DNA from: an uncultured Candidatus Saccharibacteria bacterium
Lineage (GTDB): Bacteria > Patescibacteriota > Saccharimonadia > Saccharimonadales > Saccharimonadaceae
DNA length: 64,000 nt
Reading direction: 5' to 3'
Assembly: GCA_964581595.1 (NCBI GenBank)
Contig: CAZOPB010000004.1
Coordinates: 12,018-76,017, forward strand
The notes under the pieces were generated by a model that saw only the letters and a program-made list of their open reading frames with translations, did no database searches and had not been told where the DNA came from. The position numbers were made by a program, and so were the translations under genes. Shown one piece after another: positions 61,823-64,000 of this stretch (its first letter is position 1; each line of letters starts with the position of its first letter).

Positions 61823-63078
61823 TTCGCGCGGCGCTTAACGGCAGCAGCTTCCCGACGGGGGAGCTTAGCGGCATCCTCAGGATTCGCGAGAAGCTTCTCG
61901 ATGATCCACTCAAGATATTGGCTGCCCTTGAAAATCAGAGTCTCGTCGCCAGTGATGTGAGATTCGATGAATTTAAGAGCTTTTTTAGGGTCGAGAGTCG
62001 TGCGAGTGGTGATGCCGAGCTCTTTGAGGCGAGGAGCGGTGTATTCCTTGGTGCGGCGGCCGACAAGAATGACCATCTCGGGATTGGCGTCGGCGATGAG
62101 ATTGGCGAGCTTGTGATGTTCTTCGGACTCGATAGAACCTTGGTCGACGATGTCACCGATGATTAGCCACTTATGACCGGCATGTAGCAAACGTACCATT
62201 TCGAGGGTAGACTGCATACTAATGAGATGGGCGTTGTAGCTACTATCGATAATATTGATGCCCTTAATTCCCTTGAAATACGAGCTACGGCCGGGGGCGA
62301 TTTTCATATCATGAAAGTCGGTCTTAAGCGGGATATTAAGATATTTCACTAAGCTCTCGAGCATGGCAAGCTGAATGGCAAGATCTTTGGGCTGAGGCTG
62401 CGAAAAATGGAAAGTCGTACCGTCAAAAATGAAATCGGTGCGCGAGGGATAGACGCTGTAGCGCTTGAGGGATTTCTTGCTGAGCGGAATAATCTCGGCT
62501 TTAATCCCCCTGACGGCGTCGCGCATGGCTGGATTATCGCCGTCAATGTAAACACGCTTGGTCGTATTAGCAGGGAGGGTGCTAAATTCATGGGCGATGG
62601 CTTTTTCTAGATCAGGATATGTACCATCGGCTACCTCTTGCTCAAACTGAACTGCGTGCGAGAGACCAAATGAAACCCAGAGTGTCACCTCAGGCTTGAG
62701 CCAAGTAGCAAGGAACTCGGTCTCGCGAGGACGTTCACCATCGATTTCGACGACATAGAACTCTCCCCGACGTTTGTAATATAGGGCGCGAATAGGGGCT
62801 AGCAGAATGAGCGGAATCCAGCGTAGTTTCGAACCACGGACGCCGTCCATGCCCAGAAGGTCAAAAGCAATGCCGAAAGCAGAATTAGCATCGTGGGAAT
62901 AATGGGCCTTATCGCCGAGCTCAAATTCGATCATATTAAGCATAGTAGTCTTACCGGCGGAGCCAGTCACGGCGATTACTCGCGGATGCCAACGCCTAAG
63001 AGCGAAATTCGCAAAAAACCGAAAATACCGAGCAGCAACGAAGTAAAACCTCTTCTTGAAACGCATTGCGACAGTCAT
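61807..63078 (-). CDS. Mur ligase family protein (MurF/MurE-like)
   Basis: The P-loop is VIAVTGSAGKTT, and middle and C-terminal Mur ligase domain patterns are present. It overlaps the hydrolase start by 16 nt. TGcTATAAT (rc 63085-63090) ends 6 nt before the ATG. Confidence 0.75.
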   Translation of the reverse strand: MTVAMRFKKRFYFVAARYFRFFANFALRRWHPRVIAVTGSAGKTTMLNMIEFELGDKAHYSHDANSAFGIAFDLLGMDGVRGSKLRWIPLILLAPIRALYYKRRGEFYVVEIDGERPRETEFLATWLKPEVTLWVSFGLSHAVQFEQEVADGTYPDLEKAIAHEFSTLPANTTKRVYIDGDNPAMRDAVRGIKAEIIPLSKKSLKRYSVYPSRTDFIFDGTTFHFSQPQPKDLAIQLAMLESLVKYLNIPLKTDFHDMKIAPGRSSYFKGIKGINIIDSSYNAHLISMQSTLEMVRLLHAGHKWLIIGDIVDQGSIESEEHHKLANLIADANPEMVILVGRRTKEYTAPRLKELGITTRTTLDPKKALKFIESHITGDETLIFKGSQYLEWIIEKLLANPEDAAKLPRREAAAVKRRAKWGLE

Positions 63079-63205
63079 GTTTCTATTATAGCATACCAGC
63101 TGGCGTTTCGAGGGATTGGCGGAAGTTTTCTGGACTAGATGAGGAGTTTTCCACAGGTTTATCTCTGTTATTTTTGCTATTTCGCTAGAAAAATGGCTAT
63201 AGATA

Positions 63206-63255
63206 TTGACTTTTTGGCTGAAGTGTGCTATAATGGAAAGATGGGGGTGTTCTTT
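63206..63255 (+). promoter_or_regulatory. promoter/leader cassette copy P4
   Basis: TTGACT (63206-63211), 17 nt, TGcTATAAT (63229-63234), then GTTCTTT (63249-63255). Confidence 0.7.
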
Positions 63256-63933
63256 ATGAAGTTTAGGAATAAATCGGAAAAAAATGATCCGAAGCGAATA
63301 CTGGAATGGTGGCTAAGAAACTACGCAATCTTTGGGCGCCAGGCCGGCATACTCGGATTGATCGTAAGCCTGAATAATTTTTCGGAGCCATTTACGAGCA
63401 AATACGATATGGTGATGAAAATTGGCGTCGCGCTAATCTCACTAAAACTGCTGACCGATCAAAGCAAATTAGCCCGCAACGTGAATGAAGTCTATCATCA
63501 CCGGCACAAGCAAGATTTACGGACGTTTACAACACCGCCGGGGATGATGATAATCACCATCGTGATGATGCTGATGATCTTCGTGGACAGTGCATGGCGT
63601 GAGCCGGCGACGAGGGGAGCTTATTACATGCTGGGGTGGACGCTGTTTGCGGTGGCGAGCCTGTATGTGTACATACTCATAGAGAAGCTGCGCGGCGTCT
63701 GGAAGAAGCTGTTTGGACTGCATACGACGTCGGGGATTGAAATTGATTTGATTGAGCCAGAATGGTACATAAAATCACAACAGATTTCACAAAGACCCGA
63801 GGAGACCGAATCGCCACGCAAACACTATTTCGCGCCGACTGGCAAGATAAACGTAATTGCCAAATCCATCCGGGATGATCCGATAGTAATCATCGAGATG
63901 AAAGAGGTCAAAGAACCGCCGAAAAAATCCTAA
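63256..63933 (+). CDS. membrane protein, hypothetical
   Basis: The ATG at 63256 follows GGGGG; an ATG at 63241 would be a leaderless alternative. There are four hydrophobic segments. The track N-terminus from 63139 would lie upstream of the promoter. Confidence 0.55.
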   Translation: MKFRNKSEKNDPKRILEWWLRNYAIFGRQAGILGLIVSLNNFSEPFTSKYDMVMKIGVALISLKLLTDQSKLARNVNEVYHHRHKQDLRTFTTPPGMMIITIVMMLMIFVDSAWREPATRGAYYMLGWTLFAVASLYVYILIEKLRGVWKKLFGLHTTSGIEIDLIEPEWYIKSQQISQRPEETESPRKHYFAPTGKINVIAKSIRDDPIVIIEMKEVKEPPKKS

Positions 63934-63939
63934 CCTAAT

Positions 63940-63971
63940 GGCGCACTTCAGAGGAAGTGCGCCAATTTTTT
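63940..63971 (+). terminator. intrinsic terminator
   Basis: GGCGCACTTC-agag-GAAGTGCGCC followed by AATTTTTT. Confidence 0.8.
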
Positions 63972-64000
63972 ACACGAAAATAGCCTCTAGAGCGAGCTCT

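Overview
This is a compact 64-kb chromosomal window that uses the standard genetic code (TAA, TAG and TGA all terminate ORFs). The gene content suggests a reduced-genome Patescibacteria/CPR bacterium of the Saccharibacteria (TM7) type, but that taxonomic call is inference only. The content behind it: a ThyA/Dut/DHFR/NrdDG nucleotide block, NifS/IscU, enolase, DnaE, RecG, FtsA, a Mur-ligase/FemAB/DegT cell-wall block, three FISUMP-domain surface proteins and many orphan secreted or membrane proteins. Clearly accessory regions are: (i) a more AT-rich defence island (about 16.9-25.4 kb) next to tRNA-Leu(UAG), holding a Type I R-M with a fused HsdM-half-HsdS, hsdR, and an abiEi-abiEii pair immediately followed by an OLD-like ABC ATPase with no nuclease domain I can recognise; (ii) a translationally abutted pair (35.9-40.8 kb) made of a 1342-aa SF2-helicase/gamma-N6A-methyltransferase fusion and a 296-aa degenerate-methyltransferase-like partner with a D-x9-ExK string and a Cys/His cluster, which I rate the best candidate for an undescribed R-M-like or defence module; (iii) two full-length FISUMP genes whose roughly 200-nt leaders keep a long hairpin with different stem sequences plus a conserved downstream block; (iv) four copies of a nearly identical promoter/leader cassette driving orphan plus-strand genes wedged between minus-strand housekeeping operons; (v) two roughly 197-bp units after tRNA-Leu that each end in a copy of the tRNA 3' end. 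At least eight genes have an extended -10 box 6-8 nt before the ATG and no Shine-Dalgarno, which predicts leaderless mRNAs. No rRNA, CRISPR array, transposase or integrase was found. All family assignments rest on motifs read by eye; no searches were run.
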